64,000 bases of DNA, from the IMG/VR virus record IMGVR_UViG_3300014204_000004, positions 1-64,000 of that record; one strand, 5' to 3'. Under the pieces are notes generated by a model. It did no database searches and was not told the origin of the DNA. It worked only from the letters and a program-made list of their open reading frames with translations. Numbering within the stretch: the first letter of the stretch is position 1; the number at the start of each line of letters is the position of its first letter. A program made the translations under genes and the position numbers. Of this stretch, positions 10,230 to 19,771 are shown one piece after another. The DNA comes from a virus (taxonomy: Duplodnaviria; Caudoviricetes).

Positions 10230-10526
10230 TTATTTGTCCTCGTATAGATGACGCATTTTTCTACCATGCGTAAACGTGCCGATATACTGAGTGCTGTCCA
10301 AAGGCTTCTTATCGAAAGGTACACCTGTCTTGATTGCTCTGAACTTACGCTCTTTTGATGTAGAGTTAACAGGGTCGTTCATGTATTCGTACCAGATGTG
10401 CACCTTGTTGTAGTACGAACCGACATGAATTATCTTTGCGGTACGAGGCAACGACAGCGTGAACTCATCGAGGTGTATCGGAATCTCCATGCTGTCTACT
10501 AACTTGGTAAGTGTAAGGTCTGACAT
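10230..10526 (-). CDS. Conserved phage hypothetical protein
   Basis: LSLP..AKII.VG...IW...R.F....TG..F...YIGT...HLYE pattern seen in small phage proteins; coupled to its neighbour. Confidence 0.6.
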   Translation of the reverse strand: MSDLTLTKLVDSMEIPIHLDEFTLSLPRTAKIIHVGSYYNKVHIWYEYMNDPVNSTSKERKFRAIKTGVPFDKKPLDSTQYIGTFTHGRKMRHLYEDK

Positions 10527-10795
10527 TATAGTAATCCCTCCTTAGGATTGGCAAGCTCGACTAGCACCTCTCCATGACACGCATAAGGCTTGCACCAACA
10601 GCCAAGTACCTTGCCTCTCAGTTCATGAATGTCTGCCATGAGCTTCTTGTTGTTCAAGATGTACTCGCGGTACATTTTGATGCACTCTTCACGACCGTAT
10701 TTCTCTACGCTGAACGGGTTACCCCACTTGCTTGGTCTGCCTATGTAAACGTCATATGCTTCTGTCTGACAATTAACTACTCGTGACACACTCAT
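10526..10795 (-). CDS. DUF4326 protein
   Basis: YDVYIGRPSKWGNPF...LRGKVLGCWCKPYACHGEVL. Confidence 0.9.
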   Translation of the reverse strand: MSVSRVVNCQTEAYDVYIGRPSKWGNPFSVEKYGREECIKMYREYILNNKKLMADIHELRGKVLGCWCKPYACHGEVLVELANPKEGLL

Positions 10796-10796
10796 C

Positions 10797-11078
10797 TTAT
10801 AACCACTCTCGTCTTAGATTGGGTGGTGCATCCCATGTAGTTATACGCGTATTAAACTTTCTTCGCAGTTCTGTTACAAAGGCGTTCAGTTCCGCTATGT
10901 TGTTGAACTGCGCGTCAATGTGGCGCAACTGACCACCTTTCAGTCTTGAGTATATGAGTATCATATGTGGGTGAGTGAAGTGTACGTCTACACCAATGTT
11001 AACAAGGTCTTTTATCTCTGACTCAAGACTGTCTATACCTAACCACGCTCTTAGCCTTTTCTTTAACCAGTTCTTCAT
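10797..11078 (-). CDS. Hypothetical protein
   Basis: Start MKNWL with GAGGAG RBS overlaps the stop of the SbcC-like gene. Confidence 0.55.
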   Translation of the reverse strand: MKNWLKKRLRAWLGIDSLESEIKDLVNIGVDVHFTHPHMILIYSRLKGGQLRHIDAQFNNIAELNAFVTELRRKFNTRITTWDAPPNLRREWL

Positions 11079-12955
11079 GCTACGTTCTCCTCTATGTGTG
11101 TGCCTGTTGCATCTTTGCATACTGTTATTATATGGTCGAATGTGCCCATACTTTCGAGGTCTCTGTGGTCTATTACCAATACGCGTCGGTCTAATGCCGC
11201 GGCTCTTTGTGCCAGTGTTTCAATGAGATTCGTTATACCTGCATTGCTGAGCCACGTGGTAGGTTCATCGTATATCTCCATGTCGAACTCTATGTTGTTG
11301 TAGTTCTGTATGAAGTCTATCAGACCAAGAATACCTGCCAATCGTAATCTCTGACCTTCACCACCAGACCATACGTTAAAAGGCACAGTCATCTTCTCAC
11401 CTTCTTCTGTGGTGGTGACGAAGACTGATAGCTCACGTCTTATCGAACCAGATTTGGTTTCAGACTCTACATCGAGCATGACCTTCCAGTTATCAAGACC
11501 TAAGCTGACGAGGTTCATATTCACATACGATTCAAACTCTTTTAGTGCCTGTTGAATGAGCATGATGCGAATATCTTTGAACCCTTTCTTCCAATAGTTC
11601 TGTGCCACAAGTTCTAGGTCCATCTCTGTTATCTCATCGAGCATCGAGGTGGCTACTCGATTGAGCAGTTTTCGCTTGTTTTCTGTTTTTCGTATCAGTG
11701 TATTGTATTCGTTGGGCTGGGATTTGAGAGCCTCTATGTCCCCTTTAAGCGTTTGCAACTCATCTACACATCTACCCTTGTTTGTCACTAAAGTCGATTC
11801 TGAGTGCTCTACCGTCGAAAGTGTGTGCCGCATATCTTCTATCTTGTCTATTACCTCACCTCGCATGCCTTTCATCTTTTGAAGCTCATCTCGTGCCGTC
11901 TCTTTTATTACCTCATCCTCTTTCAAGGTACGCCTCTTGACCTTCAGTTCTGCTTTGAGCAGTATGCGTGCCTGTCTCTTTGACGCCTCATCTGTTTCTT
12001 GCATACAGGTCGGACAGCGAAACCCTAGTTCATCTATCTGTGTCAATCTCAGTTCAAGATTTCTAACCTCTGACCGTGAGGTAATAAAAGCCTCGACAGC
12101 CAGTTGCTTGAGGTTATCGAGTCTCTCGACCTGTTCTTGCAACCGCGCCTTGTCAATCTCAAGCACCTCAATTTGTTTGACGCATGACCTCTTCTCAATC
12201 TTCGTTTCTGCAAGCTGTTCGTTCAACAGACGCTTTTGCTTTGAGGCGAGTACGAGCTTCTTTCTCACCTCAATAATGTTCTGGTTTCTCTGTAGCTCAA
12301 AGTCTCGTGACAGCTTCTCGTACTCAGTGGTGGATTGAGCCTGAAGAAAGCCTATCACTCTGCTCTGTTCTTGTGCGGCATCCTGCAGTAGTCTGGTCAG
12401 TTCTGCGGCACGGTCCTTTGCTTTGTCTGCATATACGACCCACTTGTTAAGCGACTCTTCCATGATTGAGGTAAAGAGACTTAGCTTCTCAGTAGGTGTG
12501 AGGTCGAAGAACCTGATACCAAACTGCGGTATGTAGACCAACCAGATAAACGAATTGAAGTCGAGACCGAGCAATCTGTTAACGTCTGCTTGTGTAGATG
12601 TGCGCCACTCGTCGTGCTGAAAGATTCTGAGACCTGCAGTTTGAGCGGTACGTTCTATCTGTATTGGTTCGTCATCGATGCTGAGTCTTACTCTGCCACA
12701 AATGGACCTCTTTGATTCTCCCCAAGTAACCAACGTAGGCGTCTTTATATTGCGTGAGTTCTGACCATACAGCGTCCAGACCAGTCCCTCGAACAGACTT
12801 GACTTGCCTGCGCCATTGGCACCGAGCGAAGGCTCAACGTTGTTCTGACCAGAAACAAAAATGAGACCTGGTTCAACTGCTGACAAGTCCCAATCTATGT
12901 ACTGTATTGAACGAAAGTTTTTTAGGTACAACCCTTCAAGCTTTACTCGGCTCAT
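11075..12955 (-). CDS. SbcC/Rad50 (T4 gp46-like) ATPase
   Basis: KNFRS, Walker A GANGAGKSS, coiled coil with CPTC zinc hook, signature SGGEGQR, Walker B IYDEP. Confidence 0.92.
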   Translation of the reverse strand: MSRVKLEGLYLKNFRSIQYIDWDLSAVEPGLIFVSGQNNVEPSLGANGAGKSSLFEGLVWTLYGQNSRNIKTPTLVTWGESKRSICGRVRLSIDDEPIQIERTAQTAGLRIFQHDEWRTSTQADVNRLLGLDFNSFIWLVYIPQFGIRFFDLTPTEKLSLFTSIMEESLNKWVVYADKAKDRAAELTRLLQDAAQEQSRVIGFLQAQSTTEYEKLSRDFELQRNQNIIEVRKKLVLASKQKRLLNEQLAETKIEKRSCVKQIEVLEIDKARLQEQVERLDNLKQLAVEAFITSRSEVRNLELRLTQIDELGFRCPTCMQETDEASKRQARILLKAELKVKRRTLKEDEVIKETARDELQKMKGMRGEVIDKIEDMRHTLSTVEHSESTLVTNKGRCVDELQTLKGDIEALKSQPNEYNTLIRKTENKRKLLNRVATSMLDEITEMDLELVAQNYWKKGFKDIRIMLIQQALKEFESYVNMNLVSLGLDNWKVMLDVESETKSGSIRRELSVFVTTTEEGEKMTVPFNVWSGGEGQRLRLAGILGLIDFIQNYNNIEFDMEIYDEPTTWLSNAGITNLIETLAQRAAALDRRVLVIDHRDLESMGTFDHIITVCKDATGTHIEENVA

Positions 12956-13968
12956 CGTTCTTCCTCTACTGTATTTAGTGCTATCTTGAGATAGTACGGT
13001 CCAAGTTTGTTCTGGTCTGCAAAACGTTTAACCACGTCTGAAGAAGACATTGCTAAGGTGGACCGCCTGCGTCTGTCTACATCTCTTGCCTTTATGACCT
13101 CTGCCTGCACTCTAACGCACACTGAACCTTTCTCTGTTATGTACTCCTGAATAGTCTTCTTTATCTTAGGCCAGTGAACAAGCTCGGTCTGTGGTATGCT
13201 GACCACGATAGAGAACTGACTGTCCTGATATCTGAAGTTCTCTTGCTCTGTCAGGTGTCGTATCGGGTTAGTATGTGTTATGCGTATCTTCTTCTTCTTT
13301 ATTGGATGTGGTAGATTTATAAACGATTGGCTGCCACCACTGATAAAGAGAAAAGTACCGCCGTCTGCGTCACCAAAGTTTATAGGATAAGGTGCACCAA
13401 TATAATGAATGTGACCTTCTATCGTCTGCCTTGTGTGTACATCACCAGAATATACTGGCACTTTTCTGTCTTCAAAGATGTTGGCGTCCATACCATCAAG
13501 CGTCTGACTGTTTGCCGCTGTTGCACCGCGAACTGTCTGATGCATGTATATTGTTTTGTATCTGCTGTCGAAAGGTCTGTAACTGTCCCAGTCATGTTCA
13601 TTACGTGTGTGTGGCAAGAACAACTCGCCATCGACATTTATCGGTTCAGTTATGTACTGTATTCTGTCGAAGTGTATGAGGAATCTGAAGAAGGCTCTTT
13701 GTGAGGTGATACCACAATGATTGCCTGCCAGTATGATTACGTTTGCATTGCGAAACTGATTACACCACAGTATGAATAAAGCCACGATTCTGTTAACCAG
13801 TTCCTCAGAGTGCCTGTCTTTGTTCTCGGTGATATCACCAAGAACTATTATTCTTCCGATAGCCTGCGGTCTGGTTATTGTTCTGTGCAGATTCAACAGG
13901 GAGTGCCATCTGTACTCGTCTTGCTGTTTATCTGTAAGGTGCAGGTCTGCTATTACTATGTCATCCAT
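12952..13968 (-). CDS. SbcD/Mre11 (T4 gp47-like) nuclease
   Basis: DLH, GD, GNH, H and GDVH metallophosphoesterase motifs; adjacent to the SbcC-like gene. Confidence 0.88.
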   Translation of the reverse strand: MDDIVIADLHLTDKQQDEYRWHSLLNLHRTITRPQAIGRIIVLGDITENKDRHSEELVNRIVALFILWCNQFRNANVIILAGNHCGITSQRAFFRFLIHFDRIQYITEPINVDGELFLPHTRNEHDWDSYRPFDSRYKTIYMHQTVRGATAANSQTLDGMDANIFEDRKVPVYSGDVHTRQTIEGHIHYIGAPYPINFGDADGGTFLFISGGSQSFINLPHPIKKKKIRITHTNPIRHLTEQENFRYQDSQFSIVVSIPQTELVHWPKIKKTIQEYITEKGSVCVRVQAEVIKARDVDRRRRSTLAMSSSDVVKRFADQNKLGPYYLKIALNTVEEER

Positions 13969-14506
13969 GTTTTCTTCTCCTGCGTCTTATTATCGTTGCG
14001 TGTGTGCCATCTTCTTGTGGTACTGTAGCAGGTTGCCCTACTAACGAATCGACTGTTTGTTCAACGACTCTTTGTATCGCACGTTCGGTTGCGCCGACCA
14101 CCGCATCTCTTAGAACGGTATTAGGTACTATAAAGCCACCGTTAGCTTCTCTCGAAGTAGCTACTAATTCACCACCATGATACATGGCACGATGTATTGC
14201 GGGGTTAGGTGCAAGTAGATGTCTTTCCTGTTCTGTGGCATCTGGTTCTCTTGAACCAGGCTCTACGTAAGTGACGTTAAATGGCCCTCGTATATTGACA
14301 GGCGGTGATTGATGTAATTCCTCTACCGGGTCAAAGAGAATGTCTACTATTCTAATGTCGAGTTCTGGAAGGCCGTCAGAATTAACGGTCATATTAATGT
14401 ATGTTACGCCCTCTATAACCTCACCTGTGTCAGAGGCAAGTCTGAGTACATCTTGTCTTCGTCCGCCGCCTGCGTCACGTCTTTCTCTAACAAGCTTAAG
14501 TCTCAT
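13961..14506 (-). CDS. Hypothetical protein with Arg-rich termini
   Basis: 181-aa ORF packed within the operon. Confidence 0.6.
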   Translation of the reverse strand: MRLKLVRERRDAGGGRRQDVLRLASDTGEVIEGVTYINMTVNSDGLPELDIRIVDILFDPVEELHQSPPVNIRGPFNVTYVEPGSREPDATEQERHLLAPNPAIHRAMYHGGELVATSREANGGFIVPNTVLRDAVVGATERAIQRVVEQTVDSLVGQPATVPQEDGTHATIIRRRRRKHG

Positions 14507-14507
14507 A

Positions 14508-15029
14508 TCATAACCTGCAGAAGGCTGAGAAGGTAACGCCAGTACAGAGGTCTTCTAAGTCGTAAATGAATATGGGGTTCTCAAATCTGTAGCATACCAA
14601 GAGAGGTGACAGGTGTTTAACCTTTCTCTGTATGCACACAACCGGGTCTGCGCCGTTCTGTTTGGCAATGAGCATTGGTGATTTGTTGTGCCTCGTGCTT
14701 TCTTCGAGTAGCTTCTTCCAAAACGGGAGAATGGTTTGACCTGAGGTAGGCGTACCATACAGCAACGCATCCCACCTCAGGTTCTTAACGTTCTTGCACT
14801 CGATGATAAAGTCATTGATGAGGATATTGGCTTCTCTGTGACGCTCAACAGCAACAATGTCGCCCATGCCTGTCTTGACACGCTTACCCTTTTGAGAAGC
14901 AACAGTGGCACGCCCACCACTGGTAGCACTACGCCACAACAGGTCGTCGTGTTGATTACGACTGACCCATAATGATAGCGCCTTTGCTACCACTCTCTCG
15001 AACGCTCCACCTTTTCTCTTCGGGTTCAT
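14508..15029 (-). CDS. Holliday junction resolvase (PD-(D/E)xK, T5 D14/Hjc-like)
   Basis: KRKGGAFER.VA..L...RS..SGG...GDI...IECK. Confidence 0.85.
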   Translation of the reverse strand: MNPKRKGGAFERVVAKALSLWVSRNQHDDLLWRSATSGGRATVASQKGKRVKTGMGDIVAVERHREANILINDFIIECKNVKNLRWDALLYGTPTSGQTILPFWKKLLEESTRHNKSPMLIAKQNGADPVVCIQRKVKHLSPLLVCYRFENPIFIYDLEDLCTGVTFSAFCRL

Positions 15030-15032
15030 GTG

Positions 15033-15266
15033 TTACCTCTCTATGATTTCGTATTTGATTGAGTCTTTTGGTATGTTGTGTGCGATGTGATTTGCGACAG
15101 TGGCTTCGATTACCGCTCTCTGTGCTGTATCAGAGAGGTCTTCGTAAGGTGTGCCGTTGTCATCTGCCATGTTCTTGGGGTCTATTACAACCTCGCCCTC
15201 GGCTTTGATGCTGAAGACTGAGATGTGACCATCTAATGTTTCGTCAATCGAAAACTTTACGACCAT
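15033..15266 (-). CDS. Hypothetical protein
   Basis: AGGAGG RBS; 77 aa. Confidence 0.55.
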   Translation of the reverse strand: MVVKFSIDETLDGHISVFSIKAEGEVVIDPKNMADDNGTPYEDLSDTAQRAVIEATVANHIAHNIPKDSIKYEIIER

Positions 15267-15294
15267 GTTTCCTCCTTTAAAGTGTGGTGGGCAG

Positions 15295-16461
15295 TTATCC
15301 CTTGATTACTGCCAGTGGTGTAAGCTCATGCAGTATCTCTACGAGGTCAGATTGCTGTGCCATGACATCCTTGATATCTTTGTAGGCTCCCGTAGCTTCA
15401 TCGAGGTCCGCAACTTCCCTGATGCCATGAACAATTCCCTGGTCATCAAGCCTCTTGATTTCTTCCTCAAGATTCAGTTCCCTTGTCGCCTGCTTTCTAC
15501 CCATGCACCTGCCGGCTCCGTGAGAACAGCTATTGAAGCTCTCTTTGTTGCCCTTCCCCTTGACGATGTAGCTCTTTGTACCCTGTGAACCAGGGATTAT
15601 GCCTGTGTTGTCTTCTCCTGCGAAGGTGGCCCCTTTTCGGTGAACAAGGACGTTCTCACCATAGTGGTGTTCCATTCTTGCGTAGTTATGGGCTATGTTA
15701 ATCATGAAGCCGAAAGATACATAAGGAAAAAGTTCTTGAAAGATATTCTGAATTCTCCCCATCATCAATTTCCTGTTGGCAAAAGCAAAGGCAACGCAGT
15801 ACTTCATTTCCGTCATATACTCTTTATACTCAGGGGTATCCATTGGAAGAAATGCCAATTCCCAACTCTTAGGAATTGAAGAGTACCACCTCTCATTCAG
15901 CTCTACAGCCAGTTTGTTATAATGGTCTGCTACTTTCTTTCCAAGATTTCTGCTCCCGGAATGAATCATTATCCAAATACAGTCATCCGAGCCTTTCTGA
16001 ATTTCAATGAAGTGATTCCCACCACCTAGTGTGCCGAGTTGATGCAGTGCAGACTCATACTGCTGACCAACAATAGAATGATAGAAATGCAAACCATCTG
16101 TACAAGGCATGAGGTCGTTATCCTGAGCATCTTTTTGATGGTTAAACCCCACCGGAATTACTCGCTGTATCTTAAACACAAGTTTCTCAAGGAAATCTTT
16201 GGAGATATGAAGCAGAGAAGTCTTAACAGCACACATCCCACAACCGATATCCACACCAACTGCATTGGGAATAACTACCCCTCTGGTAGTCAAAACGCCA
16301 CCAATGGGCATACCATAACCCTGATGACAGTCTGGCATAATTGCTACATGCTTGAAGACGAATGGCAGGTTAGCCAGATTCTTAGCCTGCGCCTCTGCTC
16401 CTTCTTCAATATCTTCAAGCCACATTTTAATGGGAACCTTCTCTGATGCAATGACTCTCAT
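15295..16461 (-). CDS. rtcB: RtcB RNA 3'-phosphate/5'-OH ligase
   Basis: MPDCHQGYGMPIGG, VGVDIGCG, GTLGGGNHFIE, HSGSR, HNY, HRKGAT and SHGAGR motifs. Confidence 0.97.
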   Translation of the reverse strand: MRVIASEKVPIKMWLEDIEEGAEAQAKNLANLPFVFKHVAIMPDCHQGYGMPIGGVLTTRGVVIPNAVGVDIGCGMCAVKTSLLHISKDFLEKLVFKIQRVIPVGFNHQKDAQDNDLMPCTDGLHFYHSIVGQQYESALHQLGTLGGGNHFIEIQKGSDDCIWIMIHSGSRNLGKKVADHYNKLAVELNERWYSSIPKSWELAFLPMDTPEYKEYMTEMKYCVAFAFANRKLMMGRIQNIFQELFPYVSFGFMINIAHNYARMEHHYGENVLVHRKGATFAGEDNTGIIPGSQGTKSYIVKGKGNKESFNSCSHGAGRCMGRKQATRELNLEEEIKRLDDQGIVHGIREVADLDEATGAYKDIKDVMAQQSDLVEILHELTPLAVIKG

Positions 16462-16507
16462 TCAACCCATCCTTTCATAGTAATCTTGGTTGCAGGCTAA
16501 AATATGA

Positions 16508-16629
16508 GGGGCAGAGAGTGTTTACTTCGAGTCTTGTACCAGAGACTCTTTTCAACGCCTACACGCTAACCTGGATACTGACGAATCGTATGCCGACCCG
16601 CCCGTCATAGTCAGAAGCTTCTCTGCCCC
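16508..16629 (-). ncRNA. Structured RNA candidate B (about 122 nt)
   Basis: Closing stem GGGGCAGAGA/TCTCTGCCCC; internal CTGAC/GTCAG, TATG/CATA and GAGTCT/AGACTC stems; no ORF. Confidence 0.55.
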
Positions 16630-16641
16630 GTCTTGTTTTGT

Positions 16642-16818
16642 GGGCACGAGTCTGAGCCTTTCAGCTACACGATATAACCGGCATGCGTAGCCTCCATGAA
16701 GTGCAAACGTTCATAAGAGTATCGCCCTAGCCTTATTAGGCACTCTTACACTGGACTTTAACTTGTTCTCACCAGTCTCACTATCGCTCAGGGGTCATGG
16801 TGCCCTTTACTCGTGCCC
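16642..16818 (-). ncRNA. Structured multi-branch RNA candidate A (about 177 nt)
   Basis: Closing stem GGGCACGAGT/ACTCGTGCCC; CTGAGC/GCTCAG, ACTGG/CCAGT, TAAGAGT/ACTCTTA and GCTAC/GTAGC stems; A-rich linkers on both sides. Confidence 0.6.
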
Positions 16819-16829
16819 TTTATTCTTTG

Positions 16830-16944
16830 AGACAGAGGCGAGGATTTGAACCCCGCATGACCCTAGACTTATGTGCTCCAGTTTACTGGCGTCGAACTTG
16901 GTCTTACTGGAGTCTATAGCGTCTACCCATTCCGCCACCCTGCC
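16830..16944 (-). tRNA. tRNA-like RNA with an insertion of about 36 nt in the anticodon loop (identity ambiguous)
   Basis: Acceptor GGCAGGG/CTCTGTC; D-arm GCG-GAATGGGTAGA-CGC; stem TAGAC/GTCTA; T-arm GCGGGG-TTCAAAT-CCTCGC; inserted CTCCAGT/ACTGGAG hairpin. Confidence 0.7.
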
Positions 16945-16952
16945 ATTACCTC

Positions 16953-17966
16953 TTAATACTTGCTGTAACTTGGTAAGAAGCCTGTTTCAATCTCTTTCCA
17001 TCTATTACGAACCAGTCTCGATATCTTTGACTTCATTCTGTTGTCGCTCTCTGCCTTAATGCGCTCAGACTCTTTAGCCATTGTGCGCGGTGACAGGCCG
17101 AGTTCGTCAAGAGCATCGATTGATTTGAGCCACTCAAGACAGGCGGTAACATCGTCTATGCCATAACCGAACATGATTGGGAACTGACATTCTCTGAAGG
17201 GCAGTGATATCTTGTTCTTCTCGCAACGTGCTTTGATATCAACGCCTACGTTTCTCTTGACCTTGTCCATGACTCTGTAAAGTTTTTCCATTTCGCTGAG
17301 CCACAATACTTGCGAGGTGTAGAAGTCAAGAGCTTTGCCACCGGTACGTCTGTACTTCTTGCCGAAGGTGACACCAATGTTGTCACGAACCTGCGATATG
17401 ATAATGAATAGTAACCGCGTTCTCGCTATGTCATTGGTAAGACGCCTGAACATTTCAGAACTCGTCTTTGCCTTATCCATCTTGTAAGAGCCTTCGTCTA
17501 TCTTACGTTTCTTTTCTTCTCTGGTAGATAGTGAATCCAGCGAATCGACAATGAATATGCCAGGCTCGTCACCTTTTTGCTTGATAACACTGCTCATGAC
17601 CTCAAATAGAAACTCCATCGTGCCGTCGTTTGTAGTGTCTTCAAAGTCATCTGTGGTGAAGGTGACGTTTTCGATTGGTAGCCCAAGTGCTTGTGCGTAC
17701 CCTTTGTCAAAGGCAGATTCAGCCTCGTGATAGTAAGCGTTGCCCATAGGGTACTTACGTAAGAAGTTGATGATTGCTTCGATGGCAAGCAAAGTCTTGC
17801 CTGTTGACTTGTCACCTACTATGTTGACGACGCGACCTATTGGATAGCCCCCACCAAGTACGCAATCGAGAAGAGTAGAACCACTGGAGATTAACTCCAG
17901 TGGCTTATCTTCTACGAAGTAGTTGCCAAGCTTTACTGCTTCTTGACCTCTACGCCGGCGTTCCAT
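16953..17966 (-). CDS. recA: RecA/UvsX recombinase
   Basis: ISSGSTLLD..LGGGYPIGR, Walker A GDKSTGKT, IVDSL, SQVR, TGGKAL.FY and KNK motifs. Confidence 0.93.
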   Translation of the reverse strand: MERRRRGQEAVKLGNYFVEDKPLELISSGSTLLDCVLGGGYPIGRVVNIVGDKSTGKTLLAIEAIINFLRKYPMGNAYYHEAESAFDKGYAQALGLPIENVTFTTDDFEDTTNDGTMEFLFEVMSSVIKQKGDEPGIFIVDSLDSLSTREEKKRKIDEGSYKMDKAKTSSEMFRRLTNDIARTRLLFIIISQVRDNIGVTFGKKYRRTGGKALDFYTSQVLWLSEMEKLYRVMDKVKRNVGVDIKARCEKNKISLPFRECQFPIMFGYGIDDVTACLEWLKSIDALDELGLSPRTMAKESERIKAESDNRMKSKISRLVRNRWKEIETGFLPSYSKY

Positions 17967-17969
17967 GTG

Positions 17970-19151
17970 TTATGACCTGTCTCTCATTTTACGCATGCGC
18001 TCTCTTGAACCCTCTGTTGACTTCTTGGGGGCTTTAAGGTCAAGAGTTTCACAGATGGTTTCGCGCAGTTCTTTGTCGGACATGTCGTCGAGTTCTTCTT
18101 CGGCAATCACGTCTTCATCGAGAGCCAGTGTTTCAAGCTTGCTTCTCTTCATGGTCTGGACGTCATCGTAGGTGACCTTAACCTTGCGACCTTTTTCTTC
18201 GCGTTCAGGCTCGTCATCATCGTCATCGTCCTTTTTGCCGCGCTTTCTTGATGAGGGCTTTTCTTCTTCTTCGTCCTCATCTTCTTCTTCGTCCTCATCT
18301 TCGTCCTTCTTGCGTGAGGATGTACTGCGACGCTCACCACGAGAACGAGGCTTCTCTTCTTCGTCCTCGTCTTTCTCTTTCTGGCGACGTGAAGATTCTT
18401 TTGCCTCTTCTTCATCATCATCCTCGGCCGCTGAGAATATCTTTTTGATATAATCGTAGTCAAAGAAGTTCAGAACAGACGGGATGGGATGGTCTTCAAC
18501 GTACTGAAGCCACTCATCTATCTGTTTGTTGCGACCCAGTGGTGAAGGTCTACGTGCCAAGCTGGAGAAGTACTTCGTCTTCAGCATCTCGCCTTCACGT
18601 TCGAGGTGAATGTCGTAACCCTCGTCAATGTCGTCGATAAAGTAGGTGTCACCTGTCTGCTTGTCAATGGTCTGCTTGCAGATATCTTTATCAACGGTCC
18701 AGGGAGCGGGCCAAATCTTGGGACCTGCGTCTTCGTTGGCTCTGTCGATGACCCACATAAGCACACGTTTGACTGGTGCAAGAGACTTGATGTAATCAGC
18801 GTCACCGCCTTTCTCTGCTCTCTTACGCTCGTCGCAGATGGGGCACTTCTTGCCTTTCATCTTCTCAAGACAGAGGTACGCCGCGTTGTCAGGACCGATA
18901 CCGAAGTGAACATAAACATCGAGTCCCCAATGTTCGGGGTTTTCCCACGTTGCTGGCAGTACACGCAGGTTCTCACCGTCTTTGGTGCTCTTCACTGCGA
19001 GAACGTTGAAGTCCTCTTTAATGAAGTAGTCGCGTGAGCCACCTTGCTGTGATGCCCGTTTCGACAGTGCTTCGCGTGAACGGTAGTTGTACCTTTCACG
19101 TCTGTCTTCACCACGTCCTTCTTTCTTCTTTTTCTTTTCTCGGTCAGACAT
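17970..19151 (-). CDS. ssDNA-binding protein (T4 gp32-like) with long charged tail
   Basis: LRVLP...VH...YLC......KCPIC zinc motif, GYDI.L.REG...TKY, acidic C-terminal region; next to RecA. Confidence 0.75.
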   Translation of the reverse strand: MSDREKKKKKEGRGEDRRERYNYRSREALSKRASQQGGSRDYFIKEDFNVLAVKSTKDGENLRVLPATWENPEHWGLDVYVHFGIGPDNAAYLCLEKMKGKKCPICDERKRAEKGGDADYIKSLAPVKRVLMWVIDRANEDAGPKIWPAPWTVDKDICKQTIDKQTGDTYFIDDIDEGYDIHLEREGEMLKTKYFSSLARRPSPLGRNKQIDEWLQYVEDHPIPSVLNFFDYDYIKKIFSAAEDDDEEEAKESSRRQKEKDEDEEEKPRSRGERRSTSSRKKDEDEDEEEDEDEEEEKPSSRKRGKKDDDDDDEPEREEKGRKVKVTYDDVQTMKRSKLETLALDEDVIAEEELDDMSDKELRETICETLDLKAPKKSTEGSRERMRKMRDRS

Positions 19152-19161
19152 TGAATCCTCC

Positions 19162-19671
19162 TTATCGTCTGGTTCTGCGAGTAGTGCGAGTCTCGTGCTC
19201 TTCTTTAATCTTACCGCGTGCCTGTTTGTAACCTACTGCCTCGACGGACGCATCAGATTTAACTGTCTTCTCGCTGAAGTAGCCTGCAAGAAACAGATTG
19301 CAGACCTCAACGAGCATCTTACCTTTACCTGAGAAAGCATCTTTCATGCTGTACCACAGGTCTGCCGCCAGCTTCTTCTCCAGAAACTCTGCGTTGGCGT
19401 TCATGTAGTCCTCGTCCATCTTCACGAGTTCTTCTACCTTAGCCTCTGTCAGCTTGGTGGAGTTACGCTCTGCGTTGGTGCGTATCTGCTGTGCTGAACT
19501 TGCATACGTCTGTTCAAGCGCAAGCTTTGATTCGTCACGTTCGCTTATAGCGACAGCACATGCTGTACCAATCTTGAAGAGTATCTCGGAATACTGAGAA
19601 CACTCTACGTCAAGATTGTTCCTATCAATGACCAATAGCCTTTGTGCCTCTTCTAATGTGAGGTTGGGCAT
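19162..19671 (-). CDS. UvsY-like recombination mediator
   Basis: L.ID..NLD.E helical coiled-coil pattern, KLTEAKVEE.V..DEDY; synteny with SSB and RecA. Confidence 0.55.
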   Translation of the reverse strand: MPNLTLEEAQRLLVIDRNNLDVECSQYSEILFKIGTACAVAISERDESKLALEQTYASSAQQIRTNAERNSTKLTEAKVEELVKMDEDYMNANAEFLEKKLAADLWYSMKDAFSGKGKMLVEVCNLFLAGYFSEKTVKSDASVEAVGYKQARGKIKEEHETRTTRRTRR

Positions 19672-19712
19672 TTTGAATCCTCCTTATGAATGTCTGTTAA
19701 AATTGATAATAC

Positions 19713-19741
19713 ATTTTATCATACAAAAATACTGTCGTCAA
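19713..19741 (-). promoter_or_regulatory. Sigma70-type promoter (TATGATAAA family)
   Basis: TTGACG-N17-TAAAAT with extended -10 TG. Confidence 0.7.
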
Positions 19742-19771
19742 TACTTAATTTTAGCTTTAGATTTCAATAAC

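Noticed and set aside
16565-16620. Hammerhead-like CTGACGA (+, near 16578) and CTGATGA (-, near 63130)
   Set aside because: No correctly placed stem II plus GAAA and cleavage triplet could be assembled.
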